From a virus (lineage: Duplodnaviria > Caudoviricetes): 64,000 nucleotides of DNA. A model generated the notes under the pieces. That model searched no databases. It saw only the letters and a program-made list of their open reading frames with translations, and had not been told where the DNA came from. Below, in pieces: positions 19,557 to 29,705 of this stretch. Location: positions 160,001-224,000 of IMG/VR virus record IMGVR_UViG_3300023170_004399. One strand, written 5' to 3'. Each line of letters opens with the position of its first letter. Within the stretch, counting starts at the first letter, position 1. A program made the translations under genes and the position numbers.

Positions 19557-20594
19557 ATGTTATATTTTGATAGATCTATATTTGGCACTGAAAAACATCT
19601 TACTTATAATAAGAAAAAGTTTGTTTGGAAAAATGATATAGAAAGTGAGTACACAAGTTCTGTAGAGTTTAAAAACATAGCGCAAACATTTGATTTTAAC
19701 ATACCTTCTTTATTCCCAGATAGTTACATGAAAATGTGTAAAAACATAAGTACAACTAACTTGGCTAGATGTATTCCCGCACCAATTATAAAAGAATCAT
19801 GTCAAAGATATTGTGATACGTATGACAAGTTTTTAGAAAAATATAATGATCACAAGTATTTACCTGTTTTAGAAACTACAGAGAAGTTTATAAATCGGCT
19901 AAAAAGACCAAAGGTGGATAGAATTAGATACGCAGCAATAAATGCATCAAACGTTAATCTTCCGGGTTTCGTTATGACTAATAAGCATTTAAACACGCCT
20001 GTTTATTCTAGGTTAAATACGAAGACTGGAAGGTTGACTGTTGTTGATGGACCAAATGTTTTAACATTGAAAAAGAGTTATAGAAACATGTTAGCTAATT
20101 GCATGCAGGTAGATTTTAACAGTATGGAGCCTAGGCTTTTGTTAGCAATATTAGGTATAAAAATAGATGGTGATTTATACAGCTGGGTCGGCGAAAAGAC
20201 AGGTATAAAAGAAGAAAGATCAAAGTTAAAGATAAAAATTATTACTAGCTTGTATGGCGGTACAAAAGTAAAAGAAATCAATGATTTATTTGCTGTTGAT
20301 GAATGGAATGATCAACTTCACAAAAGTATAAAGAGTAACAAAATAGAAAATTATTTTGGTCGTGTAGTTGATGTAAGTGACACAGATAAAAATAACTTAT
20401 TAGCTATATACATACAATCATCAGCAGTTGACGCATCTTTATTAGGTTTTAACTGGTTAGTAGATAATTATAAGTTAGATCCATACTGGATAATACATGA
20501 TGCGTTAATATTTAAATGTACTGATGTAGATTTACCTAAAAGTCTAAAAATTACGGATGATATATTTTTACCAGTCGAATATACGGAGATATAA
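19557..20594 (+). CDS. Minimal family A DNA polymerase (polymerase domain only, 345 aa)
   Basis: TKTGRL, motif A DFNSMEPR, motif B RSKLKIKIITSLYG, NYFGR, IQSSAVD, motif C IHDAL; no exonuclease domains. Confidence 0.8.
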   Translation: MLYFDRSIFGTEKHLTYNKKKFVWKNDIESEYTSSVEFKNIAQTFDFNIPSLFPDSYMKMCKNISTTNLARCIPAPIIKESCQRYCDTYDKFLEKYNDHKYLPVLETTEKFINRLKRPKVDRIRYAAINASNVNLPGFVMTNKHLNTPVYSRLNTKTGRLTVVDGPNVLTLKKSYRNMLANCMQVDFNSMEPRLLLAILGIKIDGDLYSWVGEKTGIKEERSKLKIKIITSLYGGTKVKEINDLFAVDEWNDQLHKSIKSNKIENYFGRVVDVSDTDKNNLLAIYIQSSAVDASLLGFNWLVDNYKLDPYWIIHDALIFKCTDVDLPKSLKITDDIFLPVEYTEI

Positions 20595-21197
20595 ATGAGT
20601 AGTTTATATGATTACATAATAGCAGAAACAACCGGGGGAAGTGGCTCGGGTAGTAAAACAACAACGCCTAAACCAAAGCCAAAACCAAAGCCTAAAAATA
20701 ATTCAACCCCAATTAAAAAATTAGCTGCTTCAACGGAAAGTGCACTAGTTGGTAAGAAGTATGATGAAATAGCTAAGAAATATAGATTGGCTTCTGAAAC
20801 AAATCCGGCTAAATTAATGCGTGAATTTAATATCGATTATACATATAATGGAAATAATTTTGGTGATTTACTTTCACATGTTTTTGTTGAAGGTTTTGCA
20901 AAACATCAAGACATTCAACAAGTTATTGATAAAGCTACATTAGTTGAAAGTAACACTGGACAAAAGGGTGTGCTTTTTGAGGTTAATACATTCGCTTTTG
21001 GTTATTCTCCTAGCAACGTTGCTTTTTGGATTAAAGATACTATCAAAGCAAAGCACAGAATAAATCAAATAAAAGGTCAAAAGACTTTTCTTGATAGACA
21101 CTTGAGAATAGAAGCAATTCCCGGTCAAACACATTTAATTATTTATTTTGCAAACAGAGCAAAAAACTGGGGCATTGCGCAACCGGTAAGATTTTGA
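20595..21197 (+). CDS. Hypothetical protein with a GGSGSG / PK-repeat linker
   Basis: Clean ORF; TPKPKPKPKPK. Confidence 0.7.
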   Translation: MSSLYDYIIAETTGGSGSGSKTTTPKPKPKPKPKNNSTPIKKLAASTESALVGKKYDEIAKKYRLASETNPAKLMREFNIDYTYNGNNFGDLLSHVFVEGFAKHQDIQQVIDKATLVESNTGQKGVLFEVNTFAFGYSPSNVAFWIKDTIKAKHRINQIKGQKTFLDRHLRIEAIPGQTHLIIYFANRAKNWGIAQPVRF

Positions 21198-21212
21198 TAG
21201 TTGGAGAAAACC

Positions 21213-21458
21213 ATGATTGAAAAAATACGTGAGTATATTAGAAAAATTATAATTGAAGCTTATGATCCGGATGATGTGCATGAGATGGGTGATGAAGATG
21301 ATTTGTTAATAGAGCCAGACGTTAAAGAAGACCGGGAAAATGAAAAAGATCCGTATGATGATGTTTATGACGAGGATGTTGATGAAGCAAGTGTTGTTGG
21401 CGGAATAGCTGGTGTAGTTGGCCCAGCATTTAATCCAGACCCGGAAAGAAAATATTAA
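21213..21458 (+). CDS. Small acidic hypothetical protein
   Basis: GGAG SD before ATG 21213; begins MIEKIREYIRKIIIEAY. Confidence 0.7.
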   Translation: MIEKIREYIRKIIIEAYDPDDVHEMGDEDDLLIEPDVKEDRENEKDPYDDVYDEDVDEASVVGGIAGVVGPAFNPDPERKY

Positions 21459-21473
21459 ATATATTTTATACAA

Positions 21474-21551
21474 CTCCAATGGTGTAAATATAATAATAAA
21501 GTTATCGTGTTGATAACGTTACAAAACATTTAAAAATTTACACATTTGGAG
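21474..21551 (+). promoter_or_regulatory. Leader hairpin sequestering the SD of the SSB gene
   Basis: CTCCAATGGTGTAAAT (21474-21489) pairs at 14 of 16 positions with ATTTACACATTTGGAG (21536-21551); inner hairpin GTTATC/GATAAC. Confidence 0.5.
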
Positions 21552-21559
21552 GTGTATTT

Positions 21560-22333
21560 ATGTCGATAGATATGGACGCTATTCGCAAAAAATTAAATCA
21601 ACTATCTGGAAACTCTAGCAAAAGAAACGTAATGTGGCGACCTGAAGAAGGTGAAGAACACGTTGTGCGTATTATTGCATTTACTGACAATGATGGCACT
21701 CCTTTTAAGGAACGTTGGTTTTACTATAATATTGGTAACAACCCTGGTCTTTTAGCACCTTATCAATTTGGAAAACCTGATCCAATTAATGAGCTTATTC
21801 AAAAGTTGAAATCAGATGGAACAAAAGAATCATATGAAATGGCTAAAAAACTTTACCCTAAAATGAGAAGTTTTGCTGCTGTTATTGTAAGAGGACAAGA
21901 AGATGAAGGTGTAAAACTTTGGTCATTTGGAAAAATGGTTTATCAGTCTCTTTTGAATATTATGCTTGATCCTGATTACGGTGATATCACTGATATTTCA
22001 GATGGTCATGATATTAAAGTTTATTGTTCTAAAAACCCTGGGCAGCAATGGGCTACTACTGAAGTCAGAGCGAGACCTAAAAATACTCCTTTGGGTACAA
22101 AAGCACAAGTAAAAGAGTGGTCTGATTCTATACCTGAGTTAGATGATATTTATTCATTAAAATCTTATGATGAGTTAAGTAACATTATTAATGCTTGGTT
22201 GAATGGTGATGATGATGAAACTGAAACAACAAAATTCGAAAGTTCTAGTACTTCTACAAGCACCAGTAGTTCAAGCAGTGATACTGAATCTGATTTAGAT
22301 AAAGCGTTTAAGGATATTGATTTAGGTTTTTAA
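21560..22333 (+). CDS. Single-stranded DNA-binding protein (T4 gp32-like)
   Basis: VRIIAF..PFKERWF, DPI, VIVRG..GVKLWSFGK, DYGDITD..GHD, S-rich linker and acidic tail DLDKAF. Confidence 0.9.
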   Translation: MSIDMDAIRKKLNQLSGNSSKRNVMWRPEEGEEHVVRIIAFTDNDGTPFKERWFYYNIGNNPGLLAPYQFGKPDPINELIQKLKSDGTKESYEMAKKLYPKMRSFAAVIVRGQEDEGVKLWSFGKMVYQSLLNIMLDPDYGDITDISDGHDIKVYCSKNPGQQWATTEVRARPKNTPLGTKAQVKEWSDSIPELDDIYSLKSYDELSNIINAWLNGDDDETETTKFESSSTSTSTSSSSSDTESDLDKAFKDIDLGF

Positions 22334-22363
22334 TCTATAGCATATATTTCTGGTAAATGCACT

Positions 22364-22391
22364 AAGAGGGAATTTATATTCCCTCTTTTTT
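22364..22391 (+). terminator. Rho-independent terminator after SSB
   Basis: AAGAGGGAAT-TTAT-ATTCCCTCTT plus T run. Confidence 0.85.
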
Positions 22392-22402
22392 ATTAAATCT
22401 TT

Positions 22403-22430
22403 TAGACAATTGTGTTTTAGACAATACAAT
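22403..22430 (+). promoter_or_regulatory. Sigma70-type promoter for recA
   Basis: TAGACA-16 nt-TACAAT. Confidence 0.55.
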
Positions 22431-22453
22431 ATATTATTAAAAAAGGAGTATTT

Positions 22454-23629
22454 ATGGGTAAGACTAACGATTTTACATCTGACTTAATTAAGTCGTTGAA
22501 CAAAGAACATGGCACGCGTGTAGCATACAATTTATCTGTTGACCAATCTCCAACACACGTAAGTGATTGGATATCTACGGGTTCAAAACAGTTAGATTAT
22601 ATGATATCTGGAAAACCCAATGGTGGTCTTCCCGTAGGTAGAATAGTAGAAATATTTGGCCCACCTAGTATTGGTAAAAGTCATATTGCTATACAGATAG
22701 CAAGAAGCACACAAGAGAAAGGTGGAGTCGTTGTATATATCGATACTGAAAATGCAACATCTGTTGAAAATCTAGGTCTACTTGGCGTAGACATAAAGAC
22801 GAGATTTGTTTATGTAGACACGCATTGTACAGAAGAAGTACTATCCATTGCAGAGTCGACTATTTTAAAAGCAAAAGCAATGAATAAAGACGTGCCAGTT
22901 ACTATTATTTGGGACTCCGTTGCAGCTACTTCACCAAAAGCAGAATTATTAGGTGATTATGATAAAGAAAGCATCGGTTTGAATGCTCGTGCCATATCTA
23001 AAGGGATGAGAAAGATTACTGGCGTAATCGCAAATCAAAAAGTACTATTTTTATGTTTAAATCAAATTAGAGAAAAAATTGGAGTTATGTATGGCGATCC
23101 TACTACTACACCCGGAGGTAAGGCAATCCCTTTTCACTCATCTGTACGAATCAAATTGGGAGCGGGACAACAAATCAAAGACAAAGCCGGGAATGTTATG
23201 GGCATTAATGTCTCGGCTAAAACAATTAAAAACAAAATAGCACCACCATTTAGAAGTTGCAACTTTCAAATACATTTTGGAAAAGGTATATTTGAGCATG
23301 AAGAGCTGTTTGATGTTTTAAGAATACACTGTAAAGATGGTGATGTTGATTATGATGATAAATTATTGTCATTATCAGGTACTGGTGCATGGAAATCTTT
23401 AACTGTAGTTGACAAATCAACCGGTGAAGTTTTAACAGAAAAGAAATTTTATAAAGCTGATTTTATCAATGTTATAAATGATGAAGAGTACAAAGATTAT
23501 ATTGATGCTATTGTTAACAGTGCAATGAAAGCTAAGTTAGGCCTTGTTGACAATATGGACATCGATGCTGAAAGTTATGAAGAAATGAAACAACTTAGTC
23601 AAACCCTAACCGATGATTTGGAGATTTAA
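22454..23629 (+). CDS. recA: RecA/UvsX recombinase
   Basis: ISTGS, GGLPVGRIVEIFGPPSIGKS, YIDTE, IWDSVAA, NQIREKIGVMYG, TTPGGKA, KNKIAPPF. Confidence 0.95.
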   Translation: MGKTNDFTSDLIKSLNKEHGTRVAYNLSVDQSPTHVSDWISTGSKQLDYMISGKPNGGLPVGRIVEIFGPPSIGKSHIAIQIARSTQEKGGVVVYIDTENATSVENLGLLGVDIKTRFVYVDTHCTEEVLSIAESTILKAKAMNKDVPVTIIWDSVAATSPKAELLGDYDKESIGLNARAISKGMRKITGVIANQKVLFLCLNQIREKIGVMYGDPTTTPGGKAIPFHSSVRIKLGAGQQIKDKAGNVMGINVSAKTIKNKIAPPFRSCNFQIHFGKGIFEHEELFDVLRIHCKDGDVDYDDKLLSLSGTGAWKSLTVVDKSTGEVLTEKKFYKADFINVINDEEYKDYIDAIVNSAMKAKLGLVDNMDIDAESYEEMKQLSQTLTDDLEI

Positions 23630-24594
23630 TGAAAAAAATATTATTAGTTGATGCATATAACATATTTGCACGTTCTTACGCAGTTAACCCATCTATGAGT
23701 GAAAATGGCCAACATATTGGCGGTACTTTGGGATTTTTAAAATCTCTTGGTGTGTTAGCTAGTAAATTTAGTCCTAATGAAATAGTAATATGCTGGGAAG
23801 GTGGTGGATCTGCCAGAAGAAGAAAAATATTGCCCGAATATAAAACTGGTAGAAAACCAATAAAATTAAATAGAAGCGATATATATGAAGACATTCCTGA
23901 CACTAGAGAAAATTTTAATTACCAAGTAGCATTATGCACTAGATTGTTAAAACATATGCCAGTAAAACAAATGTATGTATCAGAATGCGAAGCAGATGAT
24001 ATAATAGGTTATTTAGCTAGATATGCATACGATAAAGATGATCAAATTGTTATTGCATCATCTGACCAAGATATGTATCAGCTTTTAGGTAAAAATGTCA
24101 CACAATATAGTCCGGCCGGTAAAAAAATGGTTACGCACTATGATGTAGAAAGTAAGTTTGACATATATTTTGAGAATTTTATTACAGCTCGGGCATTTAT
24201 TGGCGATAAGTCTGATGCGATACCAGGCATAAAAGGTTGCGGTTTCAAAACGCTGGTAAAGAGAATACCTGAATTGAAAGAAAATCGGTTCTTAAGTGTT
24301 GATGATATAATTAAATTGTGTGAAGTTAAAGCAGAGCAATTCCCAAAAATTAAGTTATATCGAGATATACTTGAAAACAGGGATGTGCCGAAGAGGAATT
24401 GGAAAATTATGTATTTAGACGTCAGTAATTTAAGTGCCACACACATAGATCAGTTAAAGTATTCATACGAGAATGCTGAACACAAAAATGATAAAATCTC
24501 AATGATGAGAGATTTAATTACTGAAGGCGTAACTTTTCCTAATAAAATTAACATAGACCGTATATATTATAATCTCAACGCATCTATAAAATAA
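23629..24594 (+). CDS. 5'-3' exonuclease / flap endonuclease (Pol I N-domain or T4 RNase H-like)
   Basis: LLVDAYN, EYKTGR, EADDII, SSDQD, GDKSDAIPGIKGCGFKT. Confidence 0.92.
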   Translation: MKKILLVDAYNIFARSYAVNPSMSENGQHIGGTLGFLKSLGVLASKFSPNEIVICWEGGGSARRRKILPEYKTGRKPIKLNRSDIYEDIPDTRENFNYQVALCTRLLKHMPVKQMYVSECEADDIIGYLARYAYDKDDQIVIASSDQDMYQLLGKNVTQYSPAGKKMVTHYDVESKFDIYFENFITARAFIGDKSDAIPGIKGCGFKTLVKRIPELKENRFLSVDDIIKLCEVKAEQFPKIKLYRDILENRDVPKRNWKIMYLDVSNLSATHIDQLKYSYENAEHKNDKISMMRDLITEGVTFPNKINIDRIYYNLNASIK

Positions 24595-24620
24595 CTAACA
24601 AACGATTATAAGGAGCTTTT

Positions 24621-26039
24621 ATGAGCAAATCAGCAGCGCTGCAACAAGCAGCTGTATTAAAACCCATTATTGGTGACGAAAACACTTCATTTAAACATTA
24701 TGGAAAGAGTTTTCAAGAAAAGATTTTTCAAGGTTTGGCTATTGATAAAAATTGGGCACAGCAAATGCATGAAGTAATGAAGCCAGATTTTTTTGACTTG
24801 AAATATTTGCAATATTTGTGTGAAAAGTACTTTTCTTATTTTGACAAGTATAGATGTTTTCCTACAATGCAAATATTGTTAGATATGGTAAGAGAAGATT
24901 TAACAACTGATAACAGTGACACATTGTTAAGAGATCAAATCATTCAATTTATAAAAAGAATGCGATTAAATCCTAATCCTGAAGATTTGCCATACGTAAA
25001 AGACAAAAGTTTAGATTTTTGCAAAAGACAAGCATTTAAAGCTGCTTTGACTAGTGCTGTTGAATTAGTGCAAGGCGAAAAGTTTGAATCTGTTGTTGAC
25101 CTTATGAGAAAAGCTGTTTCAGTTGGTATGCCATCGACAATTGGTCACGATTTTTTCGAAGATATGGAATCAAGGTTTCAAGAAATACAGCGTATAACTT
25201 CACCGACAGGACTAGAACAACTCGATAAACCTGAAGTTTTAGATGGTGGTTTAGGCAGAGGTGAGTTAGGCGTAATTGTAGCACCGACTGGTGTTGGTAA
25301 ATCACATTGGTTAGTAGCAATGGGCGCCGAAGCAGTAAAAAGAGGCAAACACGTTGTACATTATAGTTTTGAATTAAGTGAACATTTAACTGGTAAAAGA
25401 TATGATGCAAACCTTTGTAATATTAGTGTATCAGACTTAAAGTTAAAAGAAAATCAAGACAAAGTTAGAGAATTATATAAGGACAATGAAGATTTTGGTA
25501 GTTTGACAATAAAATATTATCCAACCAGGACAGCGAGTGTTAATACTTTACGCAATCACCTGGACAAACTAAAATTAAGAGGAAAAATACCATCATTGGT
25601 TATTGTTGATTATGCAGACGTAATGCGTTCTACTAAAGAATACGACGCATTAAGACATGAATTAATGTTAATTTATGAAGAGCTAAGACAACTAGCAGCT
25701 GATTTTAATGTACCTGTTTGGACTGCAAGTCAATCCAACAAGAATGGTGCTAATGCTGATTTAGTTGGCTTAGAAAACATGGGGGAATCTTATGGAAAAG
25801 CGCAAGTATCTGATGTCGTTTTAGGTCTAAGTAGAAAACCTGAAGAAAAGGCACTGGGGACTGCTAGACTTTTCGTTGCAAAAAATAGAGCGGGTATGGA
25901 TGGTATACAAATGCATATCAATATTGATACATCTAAATCTAAGTTCCGAACACTTAGTGAAGATGAAATACTAGCCTTAAACCCTAAAAAACAGTTAAAG
26001 GAAGTGTGGAAAGAAATTCAAAAAGAGAAGGAGTTTTAG
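24621..26039 (+). CDS. dnaB: Replicative DNA helicase (DnaB/gp41-like)
   Basis: LDGGLGRGELGVIVAPTGVGKS Walker A, IVDYAD, WTASQ, ESYGK, VAKNRAG. Confidence 0.92.
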   Translation: MSKSAALQQAAVLKPIIGDENTSFKHYGKSFQEKIFQGLAIDKNWAQQMHEVMKPDFFDLKYLQYLCEKYFSYFDKYRCFPTMQILLDMVREDLTTDNSDTLLRDQIIQFIKRMRLNPNPEDLPYVKDKSLDFCKRQAFKAALTSAVELVQGEKFESVVDLMRKAVSVGMPSTIGHDFFEDMESRFQEIQRITSPTGLEQLDKPEVLDGGLGRGELGVIVAPTGVGKSHWLVAMGAEAVKRGKHVVHYSFELSEHLTGKRYDANLCNISVSDLKLKENQDKVRELYKDNEDFGSLTIKYYPTRTASVNTLRNHLDKLKLRGKIPSLVIVDYADVMRSTKEYDALRHELMLIYEELRQLAADFNVPVWTASQSNKNGANADLVGLENMGESYGKAQVSDVVLGLSRKPEEKALGTARLFVAKNRAGMDGIQMHINIDTSKSKFRTLSEDEILALNPKKQLKEVWKEIQKEKEF

Positions 26040-26040
26040 T

Positions 26041-28542
26041 ATGTACAATAAAGAACAAGTTTTAGAAAAAACACTGGAGTATTTCAAAGGAGATGATCTT
26101 GCAGCTAATGTGTTTGTAACAAAATATGCTCTTCGAGATTTAGAAGACAATTATTTTGAATTAACACCCGATGATATGCATAAGCGTTTAGCTAAGGAAT
26201 TTGCGCGGGTAGAAGAAAAATACCCTAATGCAATGAGTGAAGATGAAATATATGGTTATCTAAAAGATTTTAAATACATTGTGCCACAAGGGTCACCAAT
26301 GAGTGGTATTGGCAATCAGTTTCAAATACAATCAATATCTAATTGTTTTGTTGTTGAGTCGCCACATGATTCATATGCTGGTATTTTAAAATCAGATCAA
26401 GAACAAGTCCAGATTATGAAAAGACGTGGTGGTGTTGGTTTTGACATATCGAATATAAGACCACGTGGATTGTCGTGTGAAAATGCTGCAAGAAGTACAG
26501 ATGGTATAGAGTTATTTATGGAAAGATTTTCTAATTCTTGCCGTGAAGTTGCACAAGGCGGAAGAAGAGGCGCACTAATGTTATCTATTTCAGTTCACCA
26601 TCCACAAGTTTTAGATTTTATTAAAATAAAGCAAGATTTAAAAAAGGTAACTGGTGCAAACATCTCTGTCAGGGTTACAGACGAATTTATGGAAGCAGTT
26701 AAACTTGGTCAGCGATATGAACAGAGGTGGCCGATAGATGCTATTGAACCAGAAATTGTGAATACTGATGTCTACGCGATGGAAGTTTGGAATGAGTTGA
26801 TAACTTGTGCACATGCTTCTGCAGAGCCCGGAGTATTGTTTTGGGATACTGCTACAAGAATGACGCCTTCAGACATATACTCTACAGATGGTTTTGCTTC
26901 AACTAGTACTAATCCATGCGGTGAAATTATTTTGTCTCCATACGATAGCTGTAGACTTATGCTTGTTAATCTTACTAATTTTGTCGATAATGCTTGGTCA
27001 ACGGAGGCCACTTTTGATTTTGAAAAATATGGCACTGTTGTTAGAAAGGCACAGAGATTAATGGACAATATGATTGACTTAGAAATAGAACAAATTGATA
27101 AAATTCTTGCCAAAATAGACAGAGATGAAGAGCCAGATGAAGTGAAATATTATGAAAGATCACTGTGGCACAATATAAGACAAGCTGCCATTAATGGTAG
27201 ACGCACAGGTTTAGGTATTACTGGTTTAGGTGACGCCATAGCTATGGTAGGTCTTCAATATGGTGAAAAGTCAGTTGATTTTGTTGAGAACATTTATAAA
27301 AATTTAGCAATATATTCTTACAAGGAATCTATAAAGTTAGCTAAAGAACGTGGTGCATTCCCTATATTTGACATTGAAAAGGAAATAAGTCATCCATTTT
27401 TAGATAGAATTTTCGAACATTTAGAAGATGAAGACATTGAGACTTATAATGAATATGGTCGTAGAAATATTGCAAATACAACTACAGCCCCAGCTGGATC
27501 AGTATCTTGTTTAACACAAACTTCTTCTGGTATTGAGCCTGCATTCATGTTGTATTATAAAAGAAGAAGAAAGATTAATCCACAAGACAAAGATGCTAAA
27601 GTAGATTTTGTTGATGACTTAGGTGATAAGTGGCAAGAGTATTATGTATACCATCACAAGTTCAAAGATTGGATGGATTCTACTGATCCTGAGTGTGATT
27701 GGCACGCAGATGATTTATCTATAGCAGTTTCTCACAGTCCTTATGCAGGTGCAACAGCAAACGAAATTGATTGGCGAGCAAAAGTTAAATTGCAAGCTGC
27801 AGCTCAAAAGTGGATTTGCCATGCAATATCAAATACAACAAATTTACCGGCAGATATTGATGTTAAAACTGTTAAAGATATCTACATGATGGGTTGGGAA
27901 TTAGGATGTAAAGGAATAACAGTTTATAGAGACGGTTCTAGAAGTGGTGTTCTTGTTTCTGCTGATGATAAAAAAGAAGATAGAACAACTAGTATCGTTG
28001 AAAGACATGCACCTAAGAGACCTGAGACTTTGGAATGCAATATTGTGCATACTAGTGTTAAAGGTGAAAAGTGGGTTGTTTTAGTAGGACTAATGGATAA
28101 CAAGCCTTACGAAGTAATAGGCGGGAAAGCTGATTTAATAGAAATACCTAGAAAACATAAAAAAGCAACGCTAGTAAAGAGATCTTTCAAAACTCAAAAT
28201 AGTAAATATGATTTGCTAATTGGTGAAGGTGATGAAGAGTTGGTAATAAAAGATGTTGTTTCAGTATTTGATAATCCTAATCATGCCGGTTATACACGTG
28301 TAATTTCTACTTCATTGCGCCATGGTGTCCCTGTACAGTTTTTAGTAGAACAAATGCAAAAAGATAAAGAAGCTGACTTATTTTCTTTTTCAAAAGTTAT
28401 TGCTCGTGTACTTAAAAATTATATAGTTGATGGTACTAAGGCAAGTGTTTCTATTTGCGAAAACTGTGGAGCAGAAGGCACTTTAGTTTATCAAGAAGGC
28501 TGTCAAACTTGTACTTCTTGTGGATTTGGCGCATGCGGATAA
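26041..28542 (+). CDS. nrdJ: Class II (adenosylcobalamin-dependent) ribonucleotide reductase
   Basis: PQGSPM, SNCFV, RRGGVG, TNPCGE, CRL, RRTGLG, TAPAGS, SSGIEP, CKGITVYRDGSR; C-terminal CENC/CTSC; no beta subunit nearby. Confidence 0.9.
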   Translation: MYNKEQVLEKTLEYFKGDDLAANVFVTKYALRDLEDNYFELTPDDMHKRLAKEFARVEEKYPNAMSEDEIYGYLKDFKYIVPQGSPMSGIGNQFQIQSISNCFVVESPHDSYAGILKSDQEQVQIMKRRGGVGFDISNIRPRGLSCENAARSTDGIELFMERFSNSCREVAQGGRRGALMLSISVHHPQVLDFIKIKQDLKKVTGANISVRVTDEFMEAVKLGQRYEQRWPIDAIEPEIVNTDVYAMEVWNELITCAHASAEPGVLFWDTATRMTPSDIYSTDGFASTSTNPCGEIILSPYDSCRLMLVNLTNFVDNAWSTEATFDFEKYGTVVRKAQRLMDNMIDLEIEQIDKILAKIDRDEEPDEVKYYERSLWHNIRQAAINGRRTGLGITGLGDAIAMVGLQYGEKSVDFVENIYKNLAIYSYKESIKLAKERGAFPIFDIEKEISHPFLDRIFEHLEDEDIETYNEYGRRNIANTTTAPAGSVSCLTQTSSGIEPAFMLYYKRRRKINPQDKDAKVDFVDDLGDKWQEYYVYHHKFKDWMDSTDPECDWHADDLSIAVSHSPYAGATANEIDWRAKVKLQAAAQKWICHAISNTTNLPADIDVKTVKDIYMMGWELGCKGITVYRDGSRSGVLVSADDKKEDRTTSIVERHAPKRPETLECNIVHTSVKGEKWVVLVGLMDNKPYEVIGGKADLIEIPRKHKKATLVKRSFKTQNSKYDLLIGEGDEELVIKDVVSVFDNPNHAGYTRVISTSLRHGVPVQFLVEQMQKDKEADLFSFSKVIARVLKNYIVDGTKASVSICENCGAEGTLVYQEGCQTCTSCGFGACG

Positions 28543-28573
28543 TTTAATATATTATTTAGACATTTTACTTATT

Positions 28574-28601
28574 TGGGTACAATTAATTTGTACCCATTTT
28601 T
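28574..28601 (+). terminator. Terminator hairpin overlapping the -10 box of the next promoter
   Basis: TGGGTACAA-TTAAT-TTGTACCCA plus T5; TACAAT in the 5' arm, TAGACA at 28557-28562. Confidence 0.7.
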
Positions 28602-28622
28602 AATTTAACAAAAGGACAAAAT

Positions 28623-29228
28623 ATGCATTGGACAACAGAACATGGTTCGAATATTCTCGAATTACAACTAAGACACAACCCTGTTATTATTCGCGTTAAT
28701 GAATTTAATGAACAATCAGCATCTGATTTTTCTAAGCAAATTGGGTTAGCACACAACACTGGGCAAGACGTTATTCCTATTGTTATTGACAGTTACGGCG
28801 GTCAAGTTTATAGTTTGATGTCAATGATTGCTTCAATAAAAGCTTCAACTTTGCCAATAGCTACTATAGTTGAAGGAAAAGCAATGAGCTGTGGTGTGTT
28901 ATTAGCTTCTTGCGGCACAAAAGGTTATAGATATGTAACTGAAGATGCAACATTAATGATACATGATGTTTCTTCTATGCAGTATGGTAAAAATGCAGAG
29001 TTACAAGCAAGTGCTGATGAAACAAAAAGATTAAACGAAAAGATTTACAAAATTTTAGATACAAATTGCGGAAAAGATCCCGGTTATTTCAACAAAGAAG
29101 TATTTAATAGAGGACGGGCAGATTGGTTTGTCACCCCGGAAGAAGCAATTGCAATAGGTTTGACAGATCACATAAAAATGCCGAAGTTCCACATAATTAG
29201 TAAGTGTGAAATTAATTTTGTTGGTTAG
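28623..29228 (+). CDS. clpP: ClpP-like serine protease
   Basis: IDSYGG, EGKAMSCG (Ser), LMIHD (His), RADWF (Asp). Confidence 0.88.
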   Translation: MHWTTEHGSNILELQLRHNPVIIRVNEFNEQSASDFSKQIGLAHNTGQDVIPIVIDSYGGQVYSLMSMIASIKASTLPIATIVEGKAMSCGVLLASCGTKGYRYVTEDATLMIHDVSSMQYGKNAELQASADETKRLNEKIYKILDTNCGKDPGYFNKEVFNRGRADWFVTPEEAIAIGLTDHIKMPKFHIISKCEINFVG

Positions 29229-29237
29229 GAGACATTT

Positions 29238-29705
29238 ATGAAAGAGATGCTAATGGATTGGATTGGAATGCACAAATGTGTACAGATGTGGTTTCAATCA
29301 GCTCACCATTGTACTAAAGGCACAGGGTTTGCTGGAGATCATGATTTATTATATGGAGACATATATCAAAAGTTTTTTGCTGACTTTGACGTCATTGTAG
29401 AAAAATCTATTGGCATATGTGATGATGAATCTGTATCATGTCCATTGCATCTCTGTAAATGTTGTATGAAACACGTAAATAACTATCCATCACCTTGTAA
29501 TAAAGATGCTACTTATATAGCTGCACATGCACTTGCGATTATGAAAGATTATATAAAATATTTAACTGCAACTTATAATACGCTTAAGGCAAGTGGTGAT
29601 TTAACTCTTGGCACTGACGATTTAATTATGTCTTTAGCCAATGAGTATGAATCATATGTATACAAGTTACAGCAAAGAGTTAAATCTACTGTTGGAGTAA
29701 AATGA
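29238..29705 (+). CDS. Ferritin/Dps-like protein
   Basis: AHH..KG..F..DH..LY..IY.....D...EK ferroxidase-type helix pattern. Confidence 0.7.
   Translation: MKEMLMDWIGMHKCVQMWFQSAHHCTKGTGFAGDHDLLYGDIYQKFFADFDVIVEKSIGICDDESVSCPLHLCKCCMKHVNNYPSPCNKDATYIAAHALAIMKDYIKYLTATYNTLKASGDLTLGTDDLIMSLANEYESYVYKLQQRVKSTVGVK

Noticed and set aside
20660-20700. PK repeat, and the S/T-rich and G/D-rich tracts (about 22250 and 53530-53730), as special elements
   Set aside because: They are ordinary low-complexity protein linkers.
28644-28651. tRNA T-loop-like GGTTCGAA (also at 12443-12450)
   Set aside because: Both lie inside coding sequence with no cloverleaf around them; I found no tRNA in the window.
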